Assembly (NCBI GenBank): GCA_963737655.1
Contig: CAVTTN010000002.1
Coordinates: forward strand, 4,992,001 to 5,056,000
Origin: an uncultured Planctomycetota bacterium
GTDB lineage: Bacteria; Planctomycetota; Planctomycetia; Isosphaerales; Isosphaeraceae
Direction of reading: 5' to 3'
Length of the DNA: 64,000 nt
Within the stretch, counting starts at the first letter, position 1; each line of letters begins with the position of its first letter. Position numbers and translations under genes: made by a program. Shown here in pieces: positions 30,228-42,361 of the stretch. Below the pieces are notes generated by a model. The model did no database searches. It was not told the origin of the DNA and saw only the letters and a list, made by a program, of their open reading frames with translations.

Positions 30228-31288
30228 GCAAATCTTACCGCTTTCTCCCCCTCCACCACCCTTCCGATGACCCATGCTGGCACTCCGGCTTCCTTGGAGA
30301 GCGTGCGGACGATCGAATCGGCGTAGTATTCGGCCACGATCAGGACCAGGCCGATCCCCATGTTGAAGACGCGGTACATCTCCTCATCGGGGACGCCCCC
30401 GAGCGCCTGGAGCCAGGGGAAGACCGGCGGGACGTGCCAGACCCTCTGGAGCTCGATCCCCAGGCCGTCGGGCAAGATCCTCGGCGGGTTGTCGATCAGG
30501 CCGCCTCCGGTGATGTGGGCGATCCCGTGGATGATCCGCTTCACCCGGTAGTGGCGATAGACGGCCTTCAACGCCCGGACGTAAATCCTCGTCGGTTCGA
30601 GGAACTCGTCGGCCACCGATCGGCCGAGCTCGGGCACGAAGGTTTCGAGGCCCAGCCCGGCGCGGTCGAAGGCGATCTTGCGGGCGAGGCTGTAGCCGTT
30701 GGAATGAAGCCCCGAGCTGGCCAGGCCGATCACGCGGTCCCCCTCGCGGACCTCGGCGCCGGTCAGGACCTGCTTGCGCTCGACCACCCCGACGCAGAAC
30801 CCGGCCAGGTCGTACTCGCCGGGCTTGTAGAACTCGGGGAGGATCGCGGTCTCGCCGCCCATCAGGGCCGATTCGGCCTCCATGCAGCCGTCGCTGATCC
30901 CCCCGACGATCTCGGCCGTGAGCCCCGGGTCGTCCCGGCTCATGGCGACGTAATCGAGGAAGATCAACGGCTCGGCCCCGGCGCACAGGCAGTCATTCAC
31001 GGACATGGCCACCAGGTCGATGCCGACGGTGCGATGCCGGCCCGTGGCGAACGCCAGCTTCAGCTTGGTGCCCACGCCGTCGGTCGAGGAAACGAGGACG
31101 GGATCGCGATAGGTCCGCGACAACAGGCCGATCTTGTCGTCCAGGCGGAACAGGCCGGCGAAGCCTCCGGGCCAGTCCATGACCCGGGGGGAATAGGTGC
31201 GCCTGAGGAGGGGCGGGAGCCGCCTCATGGTTTCTTCATAGGTGTCCAGGTCCACCCCGGCGGCCTTGTAGTCGATCGGCTCGGTCAT
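30224..31288 (-). CDS. purM: Phosphoribosylformylglycinamidine cyclo-ligase (AIR synthetase)
   Basis: YKAAGVD, GGFAGLF, STDGVGTK, GIDLVAMSVND, GGETA, GLHSNGYS, HITGGG, FNMGIG. Confidence 0.97.
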   Translation of the reverse strand: MTEPIDYKAAGVDLDTYEETMRRLPPLLRRTYSPRVMDWPGGFAGLFRLDDKIGLLSRTYRDPVLVSSTDGVGTKLKLAFATGRHRTVGIDLVAMSVNDCLCAGAEPLIFLDYVAMSRDDPGLTAEIVGGISDGCMEAESALMGGETAILPEFYKPGEYDLAGFCVGVVERKQVLTGAEVREGDRVIGLASSGLHSNGYSLARKIAFDRAGLGLETFVPELGRSVADEFLEPTRIYVRALKAVYRHYRVKRIIHGIAHITGGGLIDNPPRILPDGLGIELQRVWHVPPVFPWLQALGGVPDEEMYRVFNMGIGLVLIVAEYYADSIVRTLSKEAGVPAWVIGRVVEGEKAVRFA

Positions 31289-31717
31289 GCCCGTCCCATC
31301 CCGTCGGTAAGTTTGGCGAGAGGGAATTCTAGCCGAACCGGCCGTGGGGAGGGAGCGGGCGGCCTTCGGCGATCGGCGAGGAAAGCCGCGCAGGGGAGGC
31401 GGTCCGCGGGCAGGCCGTTTCCTCCTCGCCGGAGGATTCCTCGCAAGCCAATGGGCTGGAACGGGTTCCGTCTTCGGAACCCGTGAGGGACGGCCCATGA
31501 ATCCCGCGGACGGAACCCCAGCCAGCCGGAAATCTGGGGACCTTCGGGCCGGGAAACGGCCCTGGGCGCTCGGGGCCGAGCGCTTGATCGGGCCGGTCCG
31601 TCCGTTTAATGTGAGGGCCGTGGTCCCTCACGATCGAGGCTGGCGACCGCCCGGAGCGGGCTGCCGGCCTCCCGCCGTCTCGCGGCTTTCCCCATCCTCC
31701 CGCCAGGAGAGCATCCG

Positions 31718-32155
31718 ATGATCCGACGAAAGGGGGCGATCCTCGCCCTGACCTCCTTCGCCGCCGTGGGCGTGGCCGCCATCGTGTTCGCCGACGACGA
31801 GGAATCCAAGCTGAAGAAGACGATGGAATCGATCCAGGCCAAGAGCTCGCTGATCCTCAAGAACACCAAGAACGCCGCCGCCTACGCCAAGGGCAAGAAG
31901 GACGTCGCCACCGCCGCCGAGGCCCTGATCAAGCTGGGCAAGGAGGTCCGCGACGACACCGACGCCGCCAAGGAGCAGAAGCAGCCCCAGTCCAAGTGGA
32001 CCGAGCTGATGGACGCCTACATCAAGGAGGCCGAGGACTTCTCCAAGGTCGCCGGCAAGGACGACGCCAAGCAGGCCGACGTCAAGAAGGCGTGGAACAA
32101 CGTCTCCGCCTCCTGCTCCGCCTGCCACAAGATCTTCCGCAAGGACGACGATTGA
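31718..32155 (+). CDS. Periplasmic class II cytochrome c (cytochrome c'-like)
   Basis: Signal peptide, helical composition, single C-terminal CSACH heme motif. Confidence 0.85.
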   Translation: MIRRKGAILALTSFAAVGVAAIVFADDEESKLKKTMESIQAKSSLILKNTKNAAAYAKGKKDVATAAEALIKLGKEVRDDTDAAKEQKQPQSKWTELMDAYIKEAEDFSKVAGKDDAKQADVKKAWNNVSASCSACHKIFRKDDD

Positions 32156-32170
32156 TCGGCTTGAACCATC

Positions 32171-32212
32171 CCCGGGCGGCATGCGGACGAAGACGTCCGC
32201 ATGCCGCCCGGG
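32171..32212. repeat. Single-hairpin member of the GGG(T/C)GGCATG family
   Basis: CCCGGGCGGCATGCGGACG-AAGA-CGTCCGCATGCCGCCCGGG, 19-bp perfect stem. Confidence 0.75.
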
Positions 32213-32235
32213 ACGCCCTCTCGGTCACTCCCGTC

Positions 32236-32952
32236 ATGCGCTTCCTCGACCTGACCTTGCCGACGATCGAGGAGGACCTCGCGCTGGACGAGGCCCTCTT
32301 GATCGAGGTCGAGGAGGGGCGTTCCCCGCCCTTGCTGAGGCTCTGGGAGCCAAGAAAGCCGGCCGTGGTCCTGGGAGCCTCGGGACGATTGGCCGAGGTC
32401 TTCGTCGATCGCTGCCGAAGGGACGGCGTGCCGATCGCCCGGAGGGGCAGTGGCGGAGGGACCGTCGTCGTCGGCCCCGGCGCCCTGAACTTCTCCGCGA
32501 TCCTGGCGAAGGACGCCGCCCCCGGCCTGGACGCCGTGGATCTCGCTCAAAGGTTTGTCCTGGAACGAGTTGCGGACGCCATCCGCGATTCCGGCCCCGC
32601 CGTCCAGGTGCTCGGCTCGGGCGACCTGACCCTCGAGGGCCGGAAGGTCTCCGGCAGCGCCCAGAGGCGTCTGAAGGGGCATTTCCTCGTCCATGCGACG
32701 ATCCTTTATGACTTCCCGCTCGCCGCGATCGACGACTATCTCGGCCTGCCCGCCCGCCAGCCCTCCTATCGGGAGAACCGGCCTCATCGCGAGTTCGTGG
32801 CGAACCTGCCGGTTTCCCGGGACGTCCTCGCCCGGGCATTGCGCACGGCCTGGGGCCCGTTCGCCCCGGAGCCGGTCGAAATCCCGACGGATCGGGTCGC
32901 GGCGCTCGTGGCGGAGAAGTTCGCGAGCCCCGGATGGGTCGAGCGGTTCTGA
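32236..32952 (+). CDS. lplA: Lipoate-protein ligase A family protein
   Basis: LALDEALL, RRGSGGGTV, GDL..GRKVSGSAQ, HATILY; upstream of sucAB. Confidence 0.88.
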   Translation: MRFLDLTLPTIEEDLALDEALLIEVEEGRSPPLLRLWEPRKPAVVLGASGRLAEVFVDRCRRDGVPIARRGSGGGTVVVGPGALNFSAILAKDAAPGLDAVDLAQRFVLERVADAIRDSGPAVQVLGSGDLTLEGRKVSGSAQRRLKGHFLVHATILYDFPLAAIDDYLGLPARQPSYRENRPHREFVANLPVSRDVLARALRTAWGPFAPEPVEIPTDRVAALVAEKFASPGWVERF

Positions 32953-33293
32953 TCGGTCCGGCTTCGCCCCGGAAAAATCGGGGAAAACTTCGCCATGGGA
33001 CGCCCGATCGTCCGTATTCCCTTAGAGACCCCGGGGCCGCCCCGTTCGTCGTCCGCGCCTTGCGCGAATCGCCGCTTTCGGAAAACTCGATGGCCGACGG
33101 CACGGGATTCGATGCGAGCGTTCCGGACGTCTATACTTGACGGAAGACGGCCGGATCGGTCTTGGGTCTTCTCGGGATTGCGGTATGCTGGGAGGATGCG
33201 TGTCGCGCGGATTCGCGGCACCGTCCCGGCGGATCGGCCAAAACGGCGGGGGCGGGAGATCGTCCCGCCCGCCCCTCCTTGGGATCTCGTTCC

Positions 33294-36074
33294 ATGAATC
33301 GCTCGACGGTCGGCAGTCGGCCCAACCTCGAAGTGATCGAGGCGAACTACCACCAGTGGCTCCAGGACCCCGCCTCGGTCGACCCGACCTGGCGGTTTTT
33401 TTTCGAGGGGTTCGAGCTCGGGGCCTCGGGCGAGTCGCCGCCCGGACAGCAGGAGGCGGGGGCGGCGCAGTCGGGCGTGACCCGGCTGATCGACGCCTAC
33501 CGGGAGATCGGCCACTACCTCGCCGACCTCGACCCGCTGAAGCTCACCCCGGTCCGCGAGGCCCACGAGCTGCTGGACCTCGCCGAGTTCGGCCTCTCCG
33601 AGGCCGACCTCGACCGCACGTTCCACACCCGGCTCGTCCCCTCCGGCTCGGCCACCCTCCGGGAGATCCTCGCGATCCTCAAGGAGACGTATTGCCGGAC
33701 CGTCGGCGTCGAGTTCATGCACATCCGGGACCGCAAGGTCCGCCAGTGGCTCCAGGAGCGGATGGAATCGACCCGGAACCACCCCGGGTTCGACCTCCAG
33801 AAGAAGCGGCGAATCCTCTGGAAGCTCAACGCCGCGGCCCTCTTCGAGCGATTCCTGCACTCGAACTACAAGGGGCAGAAGCGGTTCTCGCTCGAAGGCG
33901 GCGAGATGCTCATCCCCCTGCTCGACGCCCTGATCGAACGGGCCGCGAGGCTGGAGGTCAAGGAGATCGTTTTGGGGATGTCCCACCGGGGGCGGCTGAA
34001 CGTCCTGGCGAACATCCTGGACAAGCCCTACGGCCTGATCTTCAGCGAGTTCGACGAGATCGCGCCCAAGACGTTCGCCGGGGACGGCGACGTGAAGTAC
34101 CACCTGGGCTTCTCGGCCGACCGGACCACGGCCGAGGGGCAGCACGTCCACATCTCCCTGACGCCCAACCCCAGCCACCTGGAGGCCGTCAACCCCGTGG
34201 TCGAGGGGCGGGTCCGGGCCAAGCAGAGGCGGTTCAAGGACACGGCGAGGAAGCTCGGCCTGCCGGTCCTGATCCACGGTGACGCCGCCTTCGCCGGCCA
34301 GGGCCTGGTGGCCGAGACCCTGAACCTCTCGCAGCTCTCGGGCTACAAGACCGGCGGCACCGTCCACCTGGTCGTCAATAACCAGATCGGCTTCACCACC
34401 AACCCGATCGACAGCCGGTCCACCCGGTACTGCACCGACGTGGCCAAGATGATCGAGGTGCCGATCTTCCACGTCAACGGCGAGGACCCCGAGGCGGTCG
34501 TCTACGTGGCCGAGCTGGCGATGGAGTTCCGCCAGACGTTCGGCCAGGACGTGGTGATCGACATGGTCTGCTACCGCCGCCACGGCCACAACGAGGGGGA
34601 CGAGCCGGCCTTCACCCAGCCGGTCATGTACGCCAGGATCAAGGACCGCAAGAGCATCCACGAGCTGTACACCGACGCCCTGATCGCCGCCGGGGAGCTC
34701 TCCCAGCAGGAGGCCGACACGATCGCCGAGACGTTCTCGGAGAAGCTCCAGGCGGTCTTCGAGGAGGTCCACGTCCGCCACCAGCCCCCCCGGCCGACCC
34801 AGCCCGGCTTCGCCAACAACTGGAAGGGCTTCACGCCGAGCTACTCGTTCCGCCGACCGAGACGGGCGTCCCGGCCGAGGTCCTCCGCAAGATCGTCGAG
34901 ACCACGTCCAAGGTCCCCGAGACGTTCCACCGCAACCCGAAGCTCGACCGCATCCTCGCCCAGAGGGTCAAGGCGTTCGAGAGCGGCCAGGGGATCGACT
35001 GGGCGTTCGCCGAGACCCTGGCCTTCGGCTCGCTCCTCCTGGAGCGGGTGCCGGTCAGGCTCTCCGGCCAGGACAGCCGCCGGGGGACGTTCAGCCAGAG
35101 GCACGCCGTCCTGTCCGACTCCCTGAGCGGCGAGCGGTTCACCCCCCTGAACAACATGGAAGCCGGCCAGGCCGAGCCTCTCGGTGTATGACAGCCTGCT
35201 GTCCGAGGCCGCCGTCCTCGGGTTCGATTACGGCTACTCGCTCGAAGAGCCGAACATGCTGATCCTCTGGGAGGCCCAGTTCGGCGACTTCGCCAACGGC
35301 GCCCAGGTCATCATCGACCAGTTCATCGCCTCGGCCGAGAGCAAGTGGGGCCGCGCCAGCGGCCTGGTGATGCTCCTGCCCCACGGCTACGAGGGGATGG
35401 GGCCGGAGCACTCCAGCGCCCGGCTGGAACGCTTCCTCTCGCTCTGCGCCGACGACAATATCCAGGTCGTCAACGCCTCGACCCCGGCGCAGTATTTCCA
35501 CCTCCTCAGGCGTCAGGTGAAGCGAAACTTCCGCAAGCCCCTGATCCTGATGACGCCCAAGAGCCTCCTCCGGGAGAAGGCCGGCTACCCCAACTCGGTC
35601 TCGACCGTGGCCGAGCTGACCTCCGGCGGCTTCCGCGACGTGATCGACGACCCGATCGACCCGAAGCGGGTCCGCCGGGTGGTCCTGTGCAGCGGCAAGC
35701 TCTATCACGACCTGGCCAAGGCCCGGTCCGAGTCGGCCCATCAGGACGAGGTCGCGATCATCCGCCTGGAGCAGTTCTACCCCTGGCCGGCGGACGCCCT
35801 GGCCTCGGCGATCGGCCGGTTCCAGAACGCCTCGGAGTGGGTCTGGGCCCAGGAAGAGTCGCAGAACATGGGCGGCTGGACGTTCGTCGATCGGAGGCTC
35901 CGCGACCTGACCGGCGAGACCTTCGAATACGTCGGCCGGGACGCCAGCGCCAGCCCGGCCACGGGCTCGCACCACGTCCACGACGCCGAGCAGGCCGAGC
36001 TCGTCAAGGCCGCCCTCGGCGCCCCCCTGCCCCACCTCGTCGCCGCCGAGCCCGTCGGCGCCGGGAAGAAGTAA
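33294..36074 (+). CDS. sucA: 2-oxoglutarate dehydrogenase E1; two frameshifts (~34850, ~35175)
   Basis: [49 protein letters not shown] (middle frame), [21 protein letters not shown]. Confidence 0.95.
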
Positions 36075-36100
36075 GCGGAAACCGCCCTCCGAGTGAACCT

Positions 36101-36186
36101 GGGTGGCATGCGTACGTCCTCGTCAGCATGTCTTCGGTTGGGGCCCTGACCGAAGACATGCTGACGAGGACGTACGCATGCCACCC
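36101..36186. repeat. GGGTGGCATG-family palindromic doublet
   Basis: 38-bp perfect arms 36101-36138/36149-36186. Confidence 0.92.
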
Positions 36187-36342
36187 GGATGACGATCCGT
36201 CCTCGGCGGGGCGCGCCCCGTCGAGAGTCGGCGCGCCCGTCGTCTCGATTCGCGCCCGGATCGGTTACAATGACATCGGAACACCACGGCGACGCCCCGG
36301 GGCGTCGGAACTCGGCCCCTGGGGCCTGAAGGGCGAGCGGCG

Positions 36343-37578
36343 ATGGCCACTGTTTCGATCCAGGTGCCCGGCATGGGCGAGTCGATCTCCGAGGGCATCC
36401 TGTCCCGCTGGCTGAAGCCCGACGGCTCGGCCGTGAAGGCCGGCGAGCCCCTCTTCGAACTCGAGACCGACAAGGCCAGCACCACCATCGACGCCCCCTC
36501 GGCCGGGACGTTGAAGATCGTCTCCCCCGAGGGCGCCACGGTGGCCATCGGCGCGACCGTCGGCACGATCGACCCGTCCGGGGCGGCGGCCTCCGCATCC
36601 CCCGCCGCGAAGGCGCCCGAACCGGCATTGGCGACTGCCCCGGCGCCGGCGGCCAGCAATGGCGGAGCGGCCGTGGCGCTCGCGCCGTCGGTCCGCCGGA
36701 TCGTGGCCGAGGAGCACGTCGATCCCTCCCAGGTCGCCGGCACGGGCCGGGGCGGGCGGATCACCAAGGGAGACGTGCTCGCCCACCTCGAAAAGCCCCC
36801 GGTCGCGGAAGCCCCGCCCTCGTCGCCCGCTCCGTCTCCCGCTCCCGCCCCTCCCGCCGCGGTCCCCTCGTCCTCGTCTCCCAGGGAGACGCGGAAGCGG
36901 ATGCCCCTGATCCGCCAGAAGATCGCCCAGAGGCTCGTCGAGGCCCAGCAGACCGCCGCGATCCTCACCACCTTCAACGAAGCCGACATGACCCGGATCA
37001 TGGACCTCCGGGCCCGGTACAAGGAATCGTATCAGAAGAAGCACGGGGTCGGCCTCGGCTTCATGTCGTTCTTCGTGAAGGCCACGATCGAGGCCCTGAA
37101 GGCGTTCCCGGCCGTCAATGGACGGATCGACGGCCAGGACATCGTGTACAACAACGCCTATGACATCGGCGTGGCCGTCTCGACCGAACGAGGGCTGATG
37201 GTCCCGGTGGTCCGCGACGCCGACCGGCTCTCGTTCGCCGGGATCGAGAAGGCGATCGCCGAGTTCGGCAAGAAGGCGAAGGAGAACGCGATCACCGTGG
37301 CCGACCTCCAGGGCGGCACCTTCACGATCACCAACGGAGGGGTCTTCGGCTCCCTCCTCTCGACGCCCATCCTCAACCCTCCGCAATCGGGCATCCTCGG
37401 GATGCACTCGATCCAGAAGCGCCCGGTGGCGATCGACGACCAGGTCGTGATCCGGCCGATGATGTACCTCGCCCTCTCCTACGACCACCGGATCGTGGAC
37501 GGCAAGGAGGCGGTCAGCTTCCTCGTGAAGATCAAGGAATGCGTCGAGAACCCCGAGAGGATGATGCTGGAGGTCTGA
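36343..37578 (+). CDS. sucB: Dihydrolipoamide succinyltransferase E2
   Basis: Lipoyl [33 protein letters not shown]. Confidence 0.97.
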   Translation: MATVSIQVPGMGESISEGILSRWLKPDGSAVKAGEPLFELETDKASTTIDAPSAGTLKIVSPEGATVAIGATVGTIDPSGAAASASPAAKAPEPALATAPAPAASNGGAAVALAPSVRRIVAEEHVDPSQVAGTGRGGRITKGDVLAHLEKPPVAEAPPSSPAPSPAPAPPAAVPSSSSPRETRKRMPLIRQKIAQRLVEAQQTAAILTTFNEADMTRIMDLRARYKESYQKKHGVGLGFMSFFVKATIEALKAFPAVNGRIDGQDIVYNNAYDIGVAVSTERGLMVPVVRDADRLSFAGIEKAIAEFGKKAKENAITVADLQGGTFTITNGGVFGSLLSTPILNPPQSGILGMHSIQKRPVAIDDQVVIRPMMYLALSYDHRIVDGKEAVSFLVKIKECVENPERMMLEV

Positions 37579-37614
37579 GTCGATCCCCTACGCGACGATT
37601 CTTGAGGAGGTCAC

Positions 37615-37998
37615 ATGGCGTCGATCGCGGCAGAACGATCCGAAGCATTGGAGGAACTGACCCGCGGCCTCGATCCCGAGCAGATCCGACGCTTCACGAG
37701 CTCGCTGGAATTCGTGGCGGACCACGCGGCCCGCAGGGTGCTGGAGTCCTCTCGCCGAGAGATCGGCTACACCAAAGAGTCCGCCGCGCTGGTGCCCCTT
37801 CTGGCGGCCCGCTCGGGCGAATCGAACGAAGAAGTTCTGTACAAGGCACTCCAACTCTACCAGGTCGTCCTGGATTACGCGGAGAAGGGGGACCGCCTGG
37901 CGATCCTGGACCCCGAGGACACGATCGTCCGAGAGATTGAGGGGATCGGCAGGGCTCGGTCGGCCGGCCCCGACGACCCCGCGGGATCGGTCGAATGA
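37615..37998 (+). CDS. Hypothetical protein, C-terminal half resembles ribbon-helix-helix (CopG-like) proteins
   Basis: GAGGAGG RBS; LAARSGESNEEVLYKALQLY..GDRLAILD..REIEGI pattern. Confidence 0.65.
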   Translation: MASIAAERSEALEELTRGLDPEQIRRFTSSLEFVADHAARRVLESSRREIGYTKESAALVPLLAARSGESNEEVLYKALQLYQVVLDYAEKGDRLAILDPEDTIVREIEGIGRARSAGPDDPAGSVE

Positions 37999-38403
37999 CG
38001 TCCGATCCGGGTCCGGGAAAGGGCCGGTCCAAGAAGGCTCATCGGCCGGAGAAAACCGAAGATCCGCTCCCAATCCGTGCGATCCCGGCCGTCCTCCTCG
38101 AGGCCAGGACCAGAGAATGGATCGACCGACTCGAAGCCGAGATCGAAAGGCAGAGGGCTGAACTCGCCTATCTTCGCCATGAGATCGGACGCCTCGGTCC
38201 GGAGAACGCGAGACTCTCCGCACAACTTGAGATGGCCGAGCAGTGGAACGTCGCGGCCACGGTGCTCGTCTCCCTCGGAGGCGCACTCCTCGGATACTCC
38301 GGCTTCGCCGAGCCGCACGCCCGGGTTGTCGCCAGTTTCGGAGCCGCCTTCAACATTTCGGGAATCTTCCTCATGTTCCGCGGGATACGGAAAGGGCGAA
38401 ATC

Positions 38404-38411
<8 letters not shown>
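37995..38411 (+). CDS. Hypothetical coiled-coil + 2-TM protein
   Basis: ATGA overlap with upstream gene, heptad segment, two C-terminal hydrophobic helices; overlaps lpdA start. Confidence 0.65.
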
Positions 38412-39810
<1,399 letters not shown>

Positions 39811-39831
39811 GAAAGAGAGGGAAGGCCCGAG

Positions 39832-40248
39832 ATGGACGAATCGACCCTCCTGCGCAACGCCACGGTCCAGGAGATCCAGCTCGAATTGATCCGAAGGACC
39901 TGCTTCAACGCGATGGACGGCCGGATCGTCTTCGACGGCCTCCTCCGTCACCGAGACCTCTGGCGAGCCGCGATCCTGGACCGGCCGGGCCTGCCCGATC
40001 CCGACCGGCCGGACCATCTCGCGAGGATGAGCCTCATCAAGCTCCGCGACCTCTCCCGGAACGTCTGGAACGCCGATACCCTGTTCCTCCTCACGCCCTC
40101 GCCCGAGCACGCCCGCACCCTCAAGAGCATCGCCGAGACCGAGGATTGGGGCGCCGAGGTTTCGACGATCGACGATCGCGAGGAGATCGAGGGGCCCCTC
40201 GGCTGCTTTCCGAGCACCAGTGGTTTGCTGATCCTCTGGTGGGACTGA
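39832..40248 (+). CDS. Hypothetical protein
   Basis: 138-aa ORF 21 bp after lpdA with natural composition and C-terminal LILWWD. Confidence 0.7.
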   Translation: MDESTLLRNATVQEIQLELIRRTCFNAMDGRIVFDGLLRHRDLWRAAILDRPGLPDPDRPDHLARMSLIKLRDLSRNVWNADTLFLLTPSPEHARTLKSIAETEDWGAEVSTIDDREEIEGPLGCFPSTSGLLILWWD

Positions 40249-40299
40249 TCGGCTCGCCGTTGCCCGGGGCGAACCTCGGCCTCTGCCGAAAGGGAGCTC

Positions 40300-40662
40300 A
40301 TGACCTTCGTCTGGGTCTTCCAGGGAGAGGACGGGCGGCTCGCCTCGGGCGTGTTCTCCTCCCGGGAAAACGCGGAAGCCTGGATCGCGAAGCACGGCCT
40401 GAGCGGGCTGCTGACCCGCTACCCGCTCGATACCGGGGCCTACGACTGGGAAGTCGAATCGGGGCATTTCTCTCCTCGAAAGGACGACCAGAAGTCATCT
40501 CGATTCATCGGACGATTCACCGGGGGGAGCGTCCACTTCCACTACGAAGACGGCCACAACACGGAGGATCTCGTGAGGCCCGATGTGAGCGGGGTTCCCG
40601 ACGATCCGGGGGTCGAGGAGCACGGATTGCCGGCCGTGCCCGATGAAGATCCATCGACGTAG
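40300..40662 (+). CDS. Hypothetical protein (small, aromatic-rich)
   Basis: GGAG RBS; VWVF..SGVFSS..AEAWI..LSGLLTRYPLD..HFHYEDG. Confidence 0.7.
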   Translation: MTFVWVFQGEDGRLASGVFSSRENAEAWIAKHGLSGLLTRYPLDTGAYDWEVESGHFSPRKDDQKSSRFIGRFTGGSVHFHYEDGHNTEDLVRPDVSGVPDDPGVEEHGLPAVPDEDPST

Positions 40663-40794
40663 GCACGCAAGCTGCTACCGATCCCTCTTCGGGACAAGGC
40701 GGCGCGGGGCGGGCCCTCGCGCCTCGATCGCATTCCGAGAGAGGGCGGGCCCTCGGCCCCCGCCAGCCGAACCCGCCCGAGGGAGCCGACCATC

Positions 40795-41570
40795 ATGGAT
40801 CCGCGACGAACCTCCCGGGGCCGACGGCCCCGGGTCGAGGCCCTGGAAGACTATTGCCTCCTGTCCACCGTGACCGTCTACCCGTTCGGGCACCCCGACG
40901 ACGCCCGCAAGGTCGTCATCAACAACGGCGCCTCGGGCGGGCTGACCGGCGTGGCCGAATCCACCGGCACCGGCGCCAGCGCGGGCGTGGGCAACACCGG
41001 CACCGACTCCAACGTGACCTCCACGCCCACCGGCGTCGGCGCCCGGGCGCCACGTCCACCTCGTCCTCGTCCTCCTCGGGGCTCGCCGTCGTCGGCGCGA
41101 ACTTCCGGCCGCATGGCAACCATCTGCGGTACACCCAGACCCTCAAAGGCTCGGGCAAGACCTTCCGCCAGACGTTCCAGGCCACGGTCAAGGGCTCGGG
41201 CGGGACGGTCACGCCCGCGGAGGCCCTCGGCCTGTTCACCACCGAGCTGGCCAGGAGGGGCGGCCCGTCCTCGCCGACCCTGCCCGTGACGACCCCTCCG
41301 GCCGGCACCTACACCATCCGCGATGAGTCGATCCGCACACGAGGCCGCACGACCACGTTCCAGCTGACCGTGAACTCCGGGTCCGAACAGATCCGCGCGA
41401 CCTATTCGATCCGCGAGTCCGAAGGCCGGGGGATCTCCGCCTCGTCGTCGCCGACCGAGAACGACGCGTTCGACGTCTTCGCCCGCAGCCTGGCGGCGAG
41501 AGAAGGGATCGCCCTGGCCGCGACCGCCGGATCGTCCTCGACCTCCACCCCGCAGGCCCCTCTGCGATAG
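40795..41570 (+). CDS. Secreted Ser/Thr/Gly-rich protein with planctomycete N-terminal LEPR-XLL-type motif; frameshift near 41045
   Basis: RGRRPRVEALEDYCLLS N-terminus; reading continues in ORF 40854..41570 (GATSTSSSS...). Confidence 0.7.
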
Positions 41571-41612
41571 GGAGGGGCCTGCCTGTTGACGATCGCCCCG
41601 AAGCCCGGCGGC

Positions 41613-42344
41613 TCAGGTCGAGGCGGCGAGCCTCCGCCTCCGAGAGGCCGCCGAGGCGTGGGCACAAAGGATCGCGACCAGGAAGGAAGACGCCCCCCGG
41701 ACCACGGTCGAGCCGAGCATCAGCAGGTAGGTTTGGGGGTCGAGGAAGTTCCGCCACCGGAGCGGCCACTCCCAGCGGACCTGCGTGATCGCGAACAGGA
41801 GCCACAGGGCGAACGCGAGCGACGCGGCCCCGATCGCGAGCCTGCGGAGGGGCTCGAAGTCCCGGCGATCCGGGTCGTCCGCGGCCCATCCCGCCAGCTC
41901 CGACAGGGTCACCAGGCGGATCAGGACGATCAAGCGGAGCGAGAAGACCTGGATCGGGTCGGCGGCGGCGCGGAGGATCGGCCCCCCTCGACCGAACATG
42001 CTCGCATGATCGGCCCACCAGTAGATCAGGCTGGCCACGCAGCTCATCGCCAGGACCCAGGCCCTCGCCCGCCAGCCCCGGGTGGTCCGGTCGCCGCCGA
42101 CCAGGAGGATGGCCGCGAGCAGGTTCGCGACGAGCATCGGGCCGCCGAAGTAGACGTCCCAGCGCGGGTCATCGACGAGCCGGCGGAGGTCCGGGGTCGG
42201 GAACAGGAGACGCCCGGCGACCAGGAGGACATAGGCCCCGGACGCCACCGACGCGGCCGAGGCCAGGAGGAAGGCGAGCTGGTCGCGGGCGAGCCGGACC
42301 CCGAGCGAGTCCGGCGGCTCTTCCTCGACGAGGAAACGGTCCAT
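41613..42344 (-). CDS. Hypothetical polytopic membrane protein
   Basis: ATG 17 bp after the lpdA stop; ~6 hydrophobic segments. Confidence 0.65.
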   Translation of the reverse strand: MDRFLVEEEPPDSLGVRLARDQLAFLLASAASVASGAYVLLVAGRLLFPTPDLRRLVDDPRWDVYFGGPMLVANLLAAILLVGGDRTTRGWRARAWVLAMSCVASLIYWWADHASMFGRGGPILRAAADPIQVFSLRLIVLIRLVTLSELAGWAADDPDRRDFEPLRRLAIGAASLAFALWLLFAITQVRWEWPLRWRNFLDPQTYLLMLGSTVVRGASSFLVAILCAHASAASRRRRLAAST

Positions 42345-42361
42345 GACCACGCCCCCCGGGC

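Noticed and set aside
31290..31717. Purine-related riboswitch upstream of purM
   Set aside because: No recognisable ZTP, PRPP or purine aptamer core seen by eye; a cmscan run would settle it.
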